DNA of 64,000 bases. Origin: Candidatus Omnitrophota bacterium. GTDB lineage: Bacteria; Omnitrophota; Gorgyraeia; Gygaellales; Profunditerraquicolaceae. The notes below the pieces were generated by a model. It was not told the DNA's origin. It saw only the letters and a program-made list of their open reading frames with translations, and did no database searches. Position numbers and translations under genes: made by a program. The first letter of the stretch is position 1; every line of letters begins with the position of its first letter. Shown piece after piece: positions 55,537-64,000 of the stretch. The DNA is taken from contig JBAZKC010000001.1 of assembly GCA_041651035.1 (NCBI GenBank), positions 62,871 to 126,870 on the forward strand, given 5' to 3'.

Positions 55537-57114
55537 TTATAGGTCATTGCCTGAATACGACAGATCAAAACTCTTATTGCAAAGCGGAAAATCCGGGATT
55601 ATGTTTCCTAATACAGCGTAAGATAACCCCTGCCAATTAAAAAAAGAAGGGTCTACAACTTTACACCGCCTGATCTGCCCCGTGGGATCTGTCTTAAGCC
55701 AATATAAAACAGGACCCCTCCATCCTTCCGAGTAACCCAGAGCACTTCCTCCTCTTGGCTTTAATTCAGAAGTAATTTCTCCGTCCTTATTAAGCTTGCG
55801 CGCGAACTCTTCAATTAAACGGCAGGATTCTTCAAATTCCAGGACCCTGATCCGCAGCCTCGCTAAAACATCTCCTGATTCTTGTAAGGCCATTTTGAAT
55901 CCAGCTTCCTTGTACACCCCGGAAAAATATTTTCTTAAGTCCATAGGAATGCCGCAGGCACGGGCGGAAAGTCCGACTGCTCCCAGGTCTTCAGCTGTTT
56001 TCCTACGCAACAGGCCTGTAGTATCTACCCTATCCATAAAAGAAACACTGGAATAGAGTATCTTGGTTAATTCGCTAAAGTCCTTCTTTAGGCTCTTAAG
56101 AGACCTCAAAAGCATTTGTTTCTTAGTTTCATCTATGCCTGTTAAAACTCCTCCTACTGTATTAACATTTTTAAGGTACCTGCTCCCGGTAAGCTTATCG
56201 TTTAACTGGAGCATACTTTCCTTAATAATAGAGGCGTAGGCGGCCGGAAAACTAAACCCTACGTCAAGGGCGATGCCGCCGATATCGTTTACATGATTAT
56301 ACATGCGTTCCAGCTCAAGAAAGATAGCTCTTAAATAAGCGGCTTGCGCGGGAACCGATACTCCGAAGATCTTCTCTGCTGCCTGAGTAAACGCCAGGCT
56401 GTGCGCGAAACTTGAATCTCCTGACACGCATTCTGATAGCCTTACCGCGTTACGGCAAGGCTTGCCTTCAAATATCTTTTCTACCCCTCTATGGGTAAAA
56501 CCTAAGCGGATCTCTAAATTTATTATCGGCTCTCCGGCGACGCTAAAGCGGAAATGCCCGGGCCCGATAATACCGGCATGCACCGGGCCAACAGGGACTT
56601 CAAATACTCCCACTCCTTCAACCCTATCAAACTTATATTCGCTTAACTGCCCGGGATCCATTTTCTGAAAATCCTTGCGCAAAGGAAAATTATCCGGCGG
56701 GCAAACTTCATCATGCAGGCGCAGCCGCCTTAGATCGGGATTACCTTTAGGCTCAATACCGAACATCTCCCGTATCTCTCGCTCGAAAAGGCTGGCTGAA
56801 TATACGCTTTTAGCCAGCGAATCAAAACAAGGATCATCCTGCGGAATATCCATACTGACAATGATCCACTGGCTTTTTTTCAAATTCAAGAATACGGAAT
56901 TGATTACGAACTTAGCCGAATCCCCGCGTTCATCACAGGCAAACAGCATCATTACCGAAGAAGGAAGTATTTTATGCAGTAAAAGACAGGTGTCTTTGAA
57001 ATCCTGCGCCCTTACCTTAATGGTTATTTCATCAGGGTAATCCCGCGAAACCGAAAGCGCGTTAAAACCGGGAATTTTATTTTTTATACCGGCAATAACT
57101 TCTGAGCTATCCAT
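55537..57114 (-). CDS. NuoC-NuoD fusion / HycE-HyfG-like large subunit lacking the C-terminal [NiFe] CxxC (Ehr-like)
   Basis: 525 aa. N-terminal NuoC-like (~150 aa) plus a NuoD/[NiFe]-large-subunit fold. N-motif region RLSECVSGDSSFAHS has a single Cys. The C-terminus reads VVDPSFFNW where hydrogenases have DPCxxC. Confidence 0.7.
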   Translation of the reverse strand: MDSSEVIAGIKNKIPGFNALSVSRDYPDEITIKVRAQDFKDTCLLLHKILPSSVMMLFACDERGDSAKFVINSVFLNLKKSQWIIVSMDIPQDDPCFDSLAKSVYSASLFEREIREMFGIEPKGNPDLRRLRLHDEVCPPDNFPLRKDFQKMDPGQLSEYKFDRVEGVGVFEVPVGPVHAGIIGPGHFRFSVAGEPIINLEIRLGFTHRGVEKIFEGKPCRNAVRLSECVSGDSSFAHSLAFTQAAEKIFGVSVPAQAAYLRAIFLELERMYNHVNDIGGIALDVGFSFPAAYASIIKESMLQLNDKLTGSRYLKNVNTVGGVLTGIDETKKQMLLRSLKSLKKDFSELTKILYSSVSFMDRVDTTGLLRRKTAEDLGAVGLSARACGIPMDLRKYFSGVYKEAGFKMALQESGDVLARLRIRVLEFEESCRLIEEFARKLNKDGEITSELKPRGGSALGYSEGWRGPVLYWLKTDPTGQIRRCKVVDPSFFNWQGLSYAVLGNIIPDFPLCNKSFDLSYSGNDL

Positions 57115-58541
57115 AATATATCCTTTTTTATAAACGGAAATACGATCCCTAAAGCCAAGGTGAGAGAAAACAAGAATAAAAATGCCAGTTTCCCGCTTAA
57201 CGGCTCCCCTGTTATAGCCATAGCCTTGGGAAGGTTACCAAAAAGCATCTTTCCGAAATGATAAATGAATGCCCCGAAAATAACCGACAGAAATAATAAT
57301 AACAGGGCGGCTGTTAAGTATGAACCGTTAGTGAACGCGGAAATAACGATCAATATCTCGCTTACGAATATGGCAAACGGCACAAACCCTGTAAGCGCAA
57401 ATACCCCCATCAATACCATAACGCCCGTAAACGGCATTGCCTCAATTACTCCCCTGATAGCGTTCATATTATGTTTCTTATATGCGCTGACAATATTACC
57501 CGCCCCGAAGAACATAATCGACTTAGCCACAGCGTGATTAAGGACATGCATGGCCGCCCCGGCAATGGCCAAAGGCGAACCCAGGCCAAAACCGATGACA
57601 ATTATTCCGACGTGTTCAATGCTGCTGTAGGCAAGAAGGCGTTTTAAATCTTTTTGGACCAGGATAAATCCGCAGGATATAACCAAAGAAACTAAACCCA
57701 GCAAGGTCATCAAATGCGCAAAATACGCGAAACCCACGCCCTTGATTACGATAATGCCAAACCTTAAAATGGCGTAGATAGCCGTCTTTAACAAGACGCC
57801 GGAAAGCAACGCACTTATCGGAGCGACTGCCTGACTGTGGGCATCGGGTAACCAGGTGTGCATCGGCGCAAGGCCTGCCTTTGTCCCGTATCCGACAAGG
57901 ACAAAGATAAAGGCGATTTTCAGGATATTTTTATCCAATATGTGCGCGACAGGAACCATATCTGACCAATTCAAACTCTTAGACAAGCCGGAAATTGAAA
58001 AAGCGTAGGAAAAAAGGATCGTCCCTAAAAGTGCCAGGATTATACCCGCTGAGCAAATAATAATATATTTCCAGGCGGCCTCGACTGATTCCTTGGAATT
58101 ATAAAACCCTACCAGGAATGCAGAAATAAGCGTAGTCATTTCAATAGCCGCCCAAAGCATGCCTAAATTATTAAGCGCGGGGACAAATAGCATAGAAAAA
58201 CAGAATAGATTAAAAAGAACATAATAAACTTTCGCCTTCTTTTCGGATACCATTCCTTTATGGATATCCTTATTGATGTAGCCGATAGAATAAAGCGCGG
58301 CGGCAAAGGCTACTACGGAAATAACAAAAATAAAAAAAACGCTTAAGACATCCAGATATATAAAATTACCGCATAGTTTAAGGCTTCCTGATAATACTAT
58401 ATTCCTAAAAAGCAGAATAGCCTCGGACAGCACAACCAGGTACCCCAGACTATTGGCTACCCCATAAACCTTCTGTTTCTTAATAAACAGCGCGGCTAAT
58501 GCGAGTAAAACAGGGATACTCAAGATAACGAATATCTGCAT
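57084..58541 (-). CDS. NuoM/N-MrpD-like antiporter-type membrane subunit (HyfF-like)
   Basis: 485 aa. GTKAGLAPMHTWLPDAHSQA motif. Confidence 0.8.
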   Translation of the reverse strand: MQIFVILSIPVLLALAALFIKKQKVYGVANSLGYLVVLSEAILLFRNIVLSGSLKLCGNFIYLDVLSVFFIFVISVVAFAAALYSIGYINKDIHKGMVSEKKAKVYYVLFNLFCFSMLFVPALNNLGMLWAAIEMTTLISAFLVGFYNSKESVEAAWKYIIICSAGIILALLGTILFSYAFSISGLSKSLNWSDMVPVAHILDKNILKIAFIFVLVGYGTKAGLAPMHTWLPDAHSQAVAPISALLSGVLLKTAIYAILRFGIIVIKGVGFAYFAHLMTLLGLVSLVISCGFILVQKDLKRLLAYSSIEHVGIIVIGFGLGSPLAIAGAAMHVLNHAVAKSIMFFGAGNIVSAYKKHNMNAIRGVIEAMPFTGVMVLMGVFALTGFVPFAIFVSEILIVISAFTNGSYLTAALLLLFLSVIFGAFIYHFGKMLFGNLPKAMAITGEPLSGKLAFLFLFSLTLALGIVFPFIKKDILWIAQKLLPV

Positions 58542-58545
58542 AAAA

Positions 58546-59178
58546 TTATCCTTTCAAACGCGAAAGCTTATTTACGTCAATATGCGTAAAGAGCTTGTTA
58601 ATCCTGTAGACAAACAAACCCATAATGATTACACTGACGAATACATCCAGAAATATGGCGATCTCTACAAAAAACGGCATGCCTCCTGAAACAAACGAAG
58701 CAAACAAAAATACCCCGTTTTCCATTACCAAAAGCCCGGTTACCTGGGTAAAAGCCTTCATACGCGATACCATGAGAAAGGCTCCGATAAGAATCACGGA
58801 AAAAGCTACTGTAATGGCGGCCAATCTGTAATCACGGCTAAAACCTAAAGCCCCGGAGAAGATCCATGAGAGATAAGTAAGTATGAATGCTACGAGTAGT
58901 GAAAGCTGCGCGTTGACAAAAAGGCCAAGGCCCTGGTCTACGCTTATCTTTTTGGCTACCTGGCTTAAAACACGGGGTATTATTAAAACTTTTAGAAGCA
59001 AAATGAGCAGGGCGATAAAACATAGATCCACCTGCTTTTCCGCAAATCCGGTAAATAAGGTTGCCAGAAAAATAAAAAACGACTGGTAACGGAAACTGCG
59101 TATCAGCGCCGGCACCCTTTTGGCGATAACCATAAGGTATGTCGTGATTAAAACTCCAAATAGGATCACCTCTCTCAT
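58546..59178 (-). CDS. HyfE-like small membrane subunit
   Basis: 210 aa, ~6 TM. Its position within the Hyf-like gene order supports the call. Confidence 0.5.
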   Translation of the reverse strand: MREVILFGVLITTYLMVIAKRVPALIRSFRYQSFFIFLATLFTGFAEKQVDLCFIALLILLLKVLIIPRVLSQVAKKISVDQGLGLFVNAQLSLLVAFILTYLSWIFSGALGFSRDYRLAAITVAFSVILIGAFLMVSRMKAFTQVTGLLVMENGVFLFASFVSGGMPFFVEIAIFLDVFVSVIIMGLFVYRINKLFTHIDVNKLSRLKG

Positions 59179-59179
59179 A

Positions 59180-60100
59180 TTAAACTCCCAGTACCGCGCA
59201 TACTACCGCGATAACTCCTAATATAAAAGCAAAACCCAGGAAATCGGCTACCCGGAATAACCGCATCTTTGCTACCGTTACTTCTACCAGGGCCACCGCG
59301 GCTGCTATAATGATTATTCTGATTAAATACCATAAAACCCAGAGAGCCGATTGTACCGGACCGCTGATAGCCGGCAAGCCGATAGGAAAGATTACCTGCG
59401 CGATCAAAAAGAATAAAACCATCTGTTTTATATAGGAAGCCGCTTCTATAATAGCAAGTGACCTGCCTGAATACTCCAAAACCATCGCCTCATGCACCAT
59501 GGTCAACTCAAGATGCGTTTCCTGGTTATCCACCGGCACACGGGAAGTTTCCGCTAGAGTAACAAGGAATAATGTTGCTGAGGCGGCAAAGGAAGAAACC
59601 GATACCGGATGCATGCCGCTAAAAGCCGTAATATCCGTAGAGCCGAATTCTAAAGACAACGAGAATATTGCCAAACAAAGCGCCGGCTCAACCAGGCTTG
59701 AGATAAACATTTCTCTGGATGAGCCCATCCCACCAAAAGCGCTTCCAGTGTCTAGCGCCGCAAGCGCCAGGAAGAAACGGCCTAAGGCAAAAATAAATAT
59801 CAAAACCAGGAAATCACCGATGTGGAGCGCGGGACTGGAGAAAATGAATACCGGGATAAATAAAGCAGCGGCCAGTGAAGAAGAAAATACCACAAAAGGG
59901 GTTACCCTGAATATCCAGGAGGCAGTATCTGAGACTACTTCTCCTTTTGAAAAAAACTTAGCTAAATTATAATAAGGCTGAAAAACACTCTGGCCTTTAC
60001 GCATCCTGATATTATTCTTTATCCTGGTGATCAGGCCGCTTAAAAGCGGGGCTAACCCGATAAATAAAATCAATTGTGAAATAAACAATACGATCTTCAT
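59180..60100 (-). CDS. NuoH/HycD/HyfC-like membrane subunit
   Basis: 306 aa with a conserved RxxxGQSVFQPY-like loop. Confidence 0.75.
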   Translation of the reverse strand: MKIVLFISQLILFIGLAPLLSGLITRIKNNIRMRKGQSVFQPYYNLAKFFSKGEVVSDTASWIFRVTPFVVFSSSLAAALFIPVFIFSSPALHIGDFLVLIFIFALGRFFLALAALDTGSAFGGMGSSREMFISSLVEPALCLAIFSLSLEFGSTDITAFSGMHPVSVSSFAASATLFLVTLAETSRVPVDNQETHLELTMVHEAMVLEYSGRSLAIIEAASYIKQMVLFFLIAQVIFPIGLPAISGPVQSALWVLWYLIRIIIIAAAVALVEVTVAKMRLFRVADFLGFAFILGVIAVVCAVLGV

Positions 60101-60104
60101 TTTC

Positions 60105-62012
60105 TTAAAAATTACGCATAAATATTATCAATAATAACACCGTAACAAAAATATACCCCAGATACAGATGGATACTGCCCGGCTGGATCCTTCTCATAGA
60201 CTTCGCTGTCTTAAAAACCAAAGCAAGCATAGGATCATAAATATATTTCTTAAATACCTTTGTCGTATGCGTCTCATAGGTAAAAGATTTGACATGGTAA
60301 AACGATTCTCTTACCTTTTGCGTCCGGCGGTAAGGCAGCAAGAAGAAACTAAAGGCGATCCTGAATGGTTTTGAAAAAGCCGTCGCGGTGTATTCGTTAC
60401 GCGGGCCTGTTTTATAGTAACCACAGTCCCAGGTCTTATATATTACCGCCTTTCTCCTGCTGAATAACTTATATATCATAAAACCCGACAGCCCCAACAG
60501 GACCAAAATTAACCCCAGCAAAGGCATAGAAAGATAAATACCTTTTCCTGTCTGCGGGCTTAAGGTAAAGTTATTGACAGAAAAATTCATCTTACTGATA
60601 TCTAACCCCGCAGCCGCACCTGCGACTTTTGCCAATAATTTTACGATTCTTACGGCGGCCAATCCGAAAATAACGGTCAAAAACGACAAGAAAAACATGC
60701 CTGCTTTCATGGATAAAGAAACTTCTTTTGCGTCTTTGGCATAATGGCTTCGAGGCTGAGCCAGGAAGGTTATTCCGAAGGCCTTTACAAAACAGGCAGC
60801 GGCCAAGCCGCTGGTTAAAGCCAGCATTGCCGCGCATATCCCCAGAAAAAGCTTAACCCCTCCTGTTACGTTAAGAGCTCCCAAAAAGAACGCCTGTAAA
60901 GTCAACCATTCGCTTACAAAACCATTAAGGGGCGGAAGAGCAGAAATCGCCATCGCGCCTAATAAAAAATACACCGCTGTCTGCGGCATTTTCTTAATCA
61001 ACCCCCCTAACTTTTCCATATCGCGGGTCCCGGTGGCCTTATATACGCTGCCGGCGCACAAAAACAGGAGTCCTTTAAAAATGGCGTGATTTATTAAATG
61101 ATACAAACCGGCGATCAAAGAAAAAACGGCTAAATAAGGCAACTTCAGGCTGATAAAAAACATTGCCAGCCCTACCCCTAACAAAATTATTCCAATATTT
61201 TCTACGCTGTGATACGCGAGCAGCCTTTTGATATCATGTTCCATAAGCGCATAAATTACTCCTACCAGGCAAGAAATCACCGCAAGGATCAGGATTAAAA
61301 CTCCCCACCAGGAAGAATTTACGCCGAGAATAAAGATCACAAACCGGATTATTCCGTAAATGGCAGTTTTGATCATTACGCCCGACATAATACTGGAAAT
61401 ATGGCTCGGCGCCTGTGGATGGGCGTAGGGCAACCAGATATGCAAAGGCACGACGCCGGCTTTAGTCCCGAATCCGGTCAAGAGCAATAAAAATACGGTG
61501 TTTTTAGTTCCCAGGGGCATGGTTTGGCAGGCATTCTTTATCGCCAGATAATCAAAAGAACCCGAGTATCTATACATGATCAGGAACGCGGCTGTTAAGA
61601 AAGCAGTGCCGATGTGCGTCATTACGATATAAATCATGCCCGCGTTTATGGATTTCTCGTGTTTTGTATCAAATACCACCAGAAAATAGGAAACCAGAGA
61701 CATGATCTCCCAGAACACCAGGAAAGCCAGGACATTGTTTGTAGTAACTACCAACGCCATGGACAATACAAAGACAAACAATAAAAACCAGGCAAGTATT
61801 ATTTTGGCAGGCGGATAGTGGCTATCTTCTGCCGCGGGAGGATTACCCTTCGGCGAAAAGTAACCAATAGAGTAAACAGCAGATGGCAGAGAAATAACGC
61901 AGATCACAAAAAGGAAGAATAAGGAAAGCGGATCAAATAAAAAGAATTGTTTTCCCGGGATATCCATCATTAAAACCCAAAGGCCATATAAAAAGTAAAA
62001 AACCTTCATCAA
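60105..62012 (-). CDS. NuoL/HyfB-like antiporter-type membrane subunit
   Basis: 635 aa. GTKAGVVPLHIWLPYAHPQAPSHIS motif. Confidence 0.8.
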   Translation of the reverse strand: MMKVFYFLYGLWVLMMDIPGKQFFLFDPLSLFFLFVICVISLPSAVYSIGYFSPKGNPPAAEDSHYPPAKIILAWFLLFVFVLSMALVVTTNNVLAFLVFWEIMSLVSYFLVVFDTKHEKSINAGMIYIVMTHIGTAFLTAAFLIMYRYSGSFDYLAIKNACQTMPLGTKNTVFLLLLTGFGTKAGVVPLHIWLPYAHPQAPSHISSIMSGVMIKTAIYGIIRFVIFILGVNSSWWGVLILILAVISCLVGVIYALMEHDIKRLLAYHSVENIGIILLGVGLAMFFISLKLPYLAVFSLIAGLYHLINHAIFKGLLFLCAGSVYKATGTRDMEKLGGLIKKMPQTAVYFLLGAMAISALPPLNGFVSEWLTLQAFFLGALNVTGGVKLFLGICAAMLALTSGLAAACFVKAFGITFLAQPRSHYAKDAKEVSLSMKAGMFFLSFLTVIFGLAAVRIVKLLAKVAGAAAGLDISKMNFSVNNFTLSPQTGKGIYLSMPLLGLILVLLGLSGFMIYKLFSRRKAVIYKTWDCGYYKTGPRNEYTATAFSKPFRIAFSFFLLPYRRTQKVRESFYHVKSFTYETHTTKVFKKYIYDPMLALVFKTAKSMRRIQPGSIHLYLGYIFVTVLLLIIFMRNF

Positions 62013-62156
62013 CTGATAAGCTCAGCTAACAAAGGTTTCTCGTTATTTTTAGTCCAGACCCACCTTTAAACTCGGGACTATTTTATTATGGTTATATGCT
62101 ACCACTTCCTCCAGCTGGAATCAAGAATAAAATCAGGGACGCTTCTTGACCCAATC

Positions 62157-62212
62157 GGGGGACGTTTCTTCAGCTAAAGCCTGCCTGCCGGCAGGCAGGC
62201 GAGATCTGTCCC
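62157..62212 (-). terminator. Composite hairpin element: GGGGACGTTTCT ... [22-bp perfect palindrome GCCTGCCTGCCGGCAGGCAGGC] ... AGATCTGTCCCC
   Basis: The outer arms match the 7407-7438 hairpin family. The embedded GC palindrome (62179-62200) also occurs at 9079-9098. Located downstream of the 62213-62632 gene. Confidence 0.45.
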
Positions 62213-62632
62213 CTAAAAAGAAGTCCTGGAACGGGATCTGCGGCGAAGAAACAGCATTATCCTGGCTAAGAAAATAATCATAATAAACACAAAACTTAAG
62301 CTGCGCAGGCGCCTTAAAATGGTTATCTGGCTCTTCTTCTCTTCAACGATATTGCTCAGGAATTTTTCCGGGTCTTTTATACCCGCCAATTCCTTCTTGA
62401 AATCACCGGCTTCTCTTAGTCCAAAACTGGGCTTATCATCAGAGAACACCCTCTTTAATTCATCCTCAAGCCCCTTCTCCGCTCCTACCTGATAAGCAAC
62501 AAGCAATTTATCATAGAGGTATATTTGCGCGCCATAACGCATAATCTTTCTTACCGCGTAAATGTTGGCAAATAAAAACAGGAATGAAAGCAGCACCATG
62601 ATAAATATGTTTATTTTTCTTTCGTTATCCAT
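62213..62632 (-). CDS. Hypothetical small membrane protein
   Basis: 139 aa with TM helices at both ends. Confidence 0.4.
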   Translation of the reverse strand: MDNERKINIFIMVLLSFLFLFANIYAVRKIMRYGAQIYLYDKLLVAYQVGAEKGLEDELKRVFSDDKPSFGLREAGDFKKELAGIKDPEKFLSNIVEEKKSQITILRRLRSLSFVFIMIIFLARIMLFLRRRSRSRTSF

Positions 62633-62641
62633 AAATAACCC

Positions 62642-63769
62642 CTAAACTATTTTTTTCCTGAATCTGAGCGTACTCATAGTTATTGCTATAAACCCCATGA
62701 CTAAAAGCGGCAGGAATTGGATCCATAATACCTCCATGCCTACGCCTTTTAAAAATATCCCCCTGATAATAACCAGAAAATACCGCATGGGGTTGATGAA
62801 TGTAAACCACTGGATAAGCTGAGGCATATTGGCTATCGGATAGGCGAATCCGGAAAGCAGGAATGTCGGCATATAAAACAAAAAAACCGACATCATGGCT
62901 TCTTGCTGTGTTGAAGCTATGGTAGAAATAAAAAGCCCCGCGCCTAAAGTGGTGAATAAATATACGCAGGTAGCCAGCGCAAGCAACAACAAACTGCCCC
63001 TAAACGGGATATGGAACCAGAATACGCCCACCGTTGTGATTAAACTGCATTGGATAAGCGCGATCACACCAAACGGCAGGAGTTTGCCAAAGATGAGTTC
63101 AATCGGCCGTAAGGGGCTGACAATAAGCTGCTCCATAGTACCAATTTCCTTTTCCCTGACAATAGCCATAGCCGTCAAAAGAAGCGACATAATCGTCACA
63201 ATAGAGGCGATTACCCCGGGAAGGTAATAATTACGGGAAATAAGGTTTTCGTTAAACCAGGCGCGGTCCCTCAAATCAACATTTGGAACGCCCGATTCTA
63301 TTCCCAAAGCAGCGGCATCGCTTTTAAGCAGGTCATACTGAAATTTGCTCATGATCGTATTGGCGTAGCCCGCGATGATCATCGCGGTATTTGAATCTGA
63401 GCCGTCAAGCGCAAGCTGCGCGTTGGCGTCTTTACCCGCTTTAATATCCCGGCCAAACCCGCGGTCAATGCGTAACACCGCACTCACTAAGCCCTTATCC
63501 AGGACGCGGTTCTCTTCATTTTCACTATAGATGTAGTATTTGGGGACAAAATATTTAGAATAAGTAAACCTGCGCAGAAGTTCACGGCTTTCCTTAGTAT
63601 TATCCTGATCGTAAATAGCAGTAGGTATGAAATCAATATCCTTATTAGCGGCATACCCAAAGATGATTATCTGCAATATCGGAGAAACCAGAATAACGGT
63701 TTTCATCCGCGGGTCGCGCAATACCTGCTTGAATTCTTTGATCAGCACAGCCTTTATTCTCTCGAACAT
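62642..63769 (-). CDS. ABC-2 family transporter permease
   Basis: 375 aa. Large extracytoplasmic N-domain followed by 6 TM. Confidence 0.7.
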   Translation of the reverse strand: MFERIKAVLIKEFKQVLRDPRMKTVILVSPILQIIIFGYAANKDIDFIPTAIYDQDNTKESRELLRRFTYSKYFVPKYYIYSENEENRVLDKGLVSAVLRIDRGFGRDIKAGKDANAQLALDGSDSNTAMIIAGYANTIMSKFQYDLLKSDAAALGIESGVPNVDLRDRAWFNENLISRNYYLPGVIASIVTIMSLLLTAMAIVREKEIGTMEQLIVSPLRPIELIFGKLLPFGVIALIQCSLITTVGVFWFHIPFRGSLLLLALATCVYLFTTLGAGLFISTIASTQQEAMMSVFLFYMPTFLLSGFAYPIANMPQLIQWFTFINPMRYFLVIIRGIFLKGVGMEVLWIQFLPLLVMGFIAITMSTLRFRKKIV

Positions 63770-63770
63770 C

Positions 63771-64000
63771 TTAGAATACCTTCTTCCTGAATTTTTTTAT
63801 TGCCAGGCCGAACATAATAAACGCGAACAATAATAGAAAAACTGCTTCATTCCACATCACGCCCAAGCCGTTACCCTTTAAGAATATCCCCCGCAATATA
63901 ACTATATAATAACGCGCGGGGATAAGATATGTAACCGCCTGGACTACCTGCGGCATATTAAATATAGGATAAATGAATCCCGAAAGAAGCATTGTCGGTA
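63771..64000 (-). CDS. ABC-2 family permease, C-terminal part (paralog of 62642-63769; probably extends beyond the window)
   Basis: The C-terminal 73 aa are ~60% identical to the C-terminus of the neighbouring permease (…FLKGxGxxVxW…). Confidence 0.55.
   Translation of the reverse strand, partial: PTMLLSGFIYPIFNMPQVVQAVTYLIPARYYIVILRGIFLKGNGLGVMWNEAVFLLLFAFIMFGLAIKKFRKKVF

Noticed and set aside
1-64000. Possible CRISPR arrays, tRNA/rRNA genes, transposases, integrases or prophage genes
   Set aside because: No regularly spaced direct repeats, no cloverleaf-like conserved tRNA segments noticed, and no protein with transposase/integrase/phage signatures. The short repeats found are palindromic REP/terminator-like elements, not CRISPR repeats.

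Overview
This 64-kb window looks like it comes from a Gram-negative (diderm) anaerobe, and every supportable gene (~70) lies on the minus strand. Position 1 is the 5' end of the minus-strand transcript; from there down the minus strand (high to low coordinates on the given + strand) the blocks are:
- ABC-2 permeases and a small membrane protein (64000-62213).
- A six-gene Hyf/Ech-like membrane complex whose large subunit lacks the C-terminal [NiFe]-ligating CxxC (Ehr-like, 62012-55018).
- rex with two Rex-box palindromes directly upstream. It is followed by an unusual operon: a NuoE-like gene, a 1048-aa NuoF-like::GltD/NfnB-like fusion and a second HydA whose H-cluster L1 motif reads TSCSPGW instead of TSCCPxW (54991-48790).
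- A canonical trimeric HydABC-type [FeFe] hydrogenase with a detached thioredoxin-like [2Fe-2S] protein (48652-44307). After a terminator come a TM1266-like small regulator and the hydG-hydE-hydF maturases (44090-40158).
- A membrane protein, a Cys-rich secreted protein, a PAS histidine kinase and a CheY-like regulator (40139-36858).
- A Rrf2 (NsrR-like) regulator next to hybrid-cluster protein Hcp, then an AbrB-like regulator (36752-34645).
- An RND tripartite efflux system (34635-28999), an ABC-2 exporter, and an ECF sigma / zinc-finger anti-sigma / Spy-CpxP-like module (28697-25553).
- A MacAB-TolC-like efflux system and two secreted hypotheticals (25520-19662).
- A complete Pho cluster: phoB-phoR, a receiver protein, an OprO/P-like porin and pstSCAB-arsC-phoU (19589-10515).
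- zur-znuACB (10442-7448).
- nikR, a beta-barrel OMP, nikM/cbiM and nikN/cbiN with no Q/O components (7339-4957), followed by hldD, a sigma-70-family gene and another OMP gene (4936-2178).
- amtB-glnK (2143-348), an unannotated 59-aa XRE-type HTH ORF, and the first codons of a second amt gene at the window edge (342-1).

I saw no rRNA, tRNA, CRISPR array, transposase or integrase. Several short intergenic repeat families were found. These are a 29-bp REP-like palindrome (3 copies), a GGGGACGGTTCT...AGAACYGTCCCC terminator-hairpin family (3 copies, one carrying an embedded 22-bp GC palindrome), and a 15-bp perfect inverted repeat on the zur start codon. All protein calls rest on recognisable motifs in the supplied translations. 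No database searches were run.
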